64,000 bases of DNA, from assembly GCA_050014115.1 (NCBI GenBank), contig JBEKDY010000001.1, positions 2,369-66,368 on the forward strand. Direction: 5' to 3'. This DNA comes from Candidatus Sulfotelmatobacter sp. (lineage in GTDB: Bacteria > Acidobacteriota > Terriglobia > Terriglobales > Acidobacteriaceae). The notes beneath the pieces are model-generated. The model did not search any database. It worked only from the letters and a program-made list of their open reading frames with translations, and was not told the origin of the DNA. The translations under genes and the position numbers were made by a program. Below, in pieces: positions 64,000 to 64,000 of the stretch (the first letter of the stretch is position 1; the number at the start of each line of letters is the position of its first letter).

Positions 64000-64000
64000 A

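Overview
GC-rich bacterial chromosomal window. The protein architectures (Y_Y_Y/GGDEF-EAL sensor, TPR Ser/Thr kinase, choice-of-anchor-D adhesin, PQQ/cytochrome c fusions) suggest Acidobacteriota, but this is inference only. I call about 47 protein genes, one initiator-type tRNA-Met and one frameshifted permease. I found no rRNA, CRISPR array, transposase, integrase, phage gene or recognisable defence gene.

Gene content in order:
- NtrC-type sigma-54 activator (cut by the window edge) and a CocE/NonD hydrolase.
- Rieske oxygenase, TetR, FAD oxidoreductase and an animal-type betaine-homocysteine methyltransferase.
- Dps and tRNA-fMet.
- A long same-strand run of PEBP, M24, CHY-zinc-finger, thioesterase, pobA, pcaH, pcaG, pcaB and pcaL (protocatechuate branch of the beta-ketoadipate pathway).
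- PQQ sugar dehydrogenase fused to cytochrome c, then a large GGDEF/EAL sensor.
- An L-rhamnose locus: GH78, rhaI, rhaB, rhaEW, rhaT.
- A secreted-oxidoreductase cluster: Gfo/Idh/MocA (two copies), TIM-barrel isomerase, ThuA, dihaem cytochrome c and a PQQ propeller.
- RidA, a D-Thr-aldolase/D-Ser-dehydratase-like enzyme and an APC permease, followed by DinB.
- Two paralogous secreted SH3b-like hypotheticals lying divergent to a TPR Ser/Thr kinase.
- A 1131-aa L-type-lectin surface protein.
- A roughly 1-kb non-coding gap, then rpsA.
- A dihydropyrimidinase, LLM oxidoreductase, NCS1 permease and beta-ureidopropionase cluster.
- lctP (frameshifted) and an lldD-like gene (cut by the window edge).

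I do not see a clear-cut new system. The candidates most worth follow-up are:
1. The CHY-zinc-finger and thioesterase genes translationally coupled to pobA, with a sigma-54-like promoter upstream.
2. The Rieske/TetR/BHMT module.
3. The pyrimidine/hydantoin cluster, where an LLM oxidoreductase sits where a dihydropyrimidine dehydrogenase would be expected.
4. The secreted sugar-oxidation cluster next to the rhamnose locus.
5. The paralogous SH3b-like pair beside the kinase.
6. The repeat-bearing 1-kb gap upstream of rpsA.

All functional calls rest on motifs recognised by eye. No searches were run.
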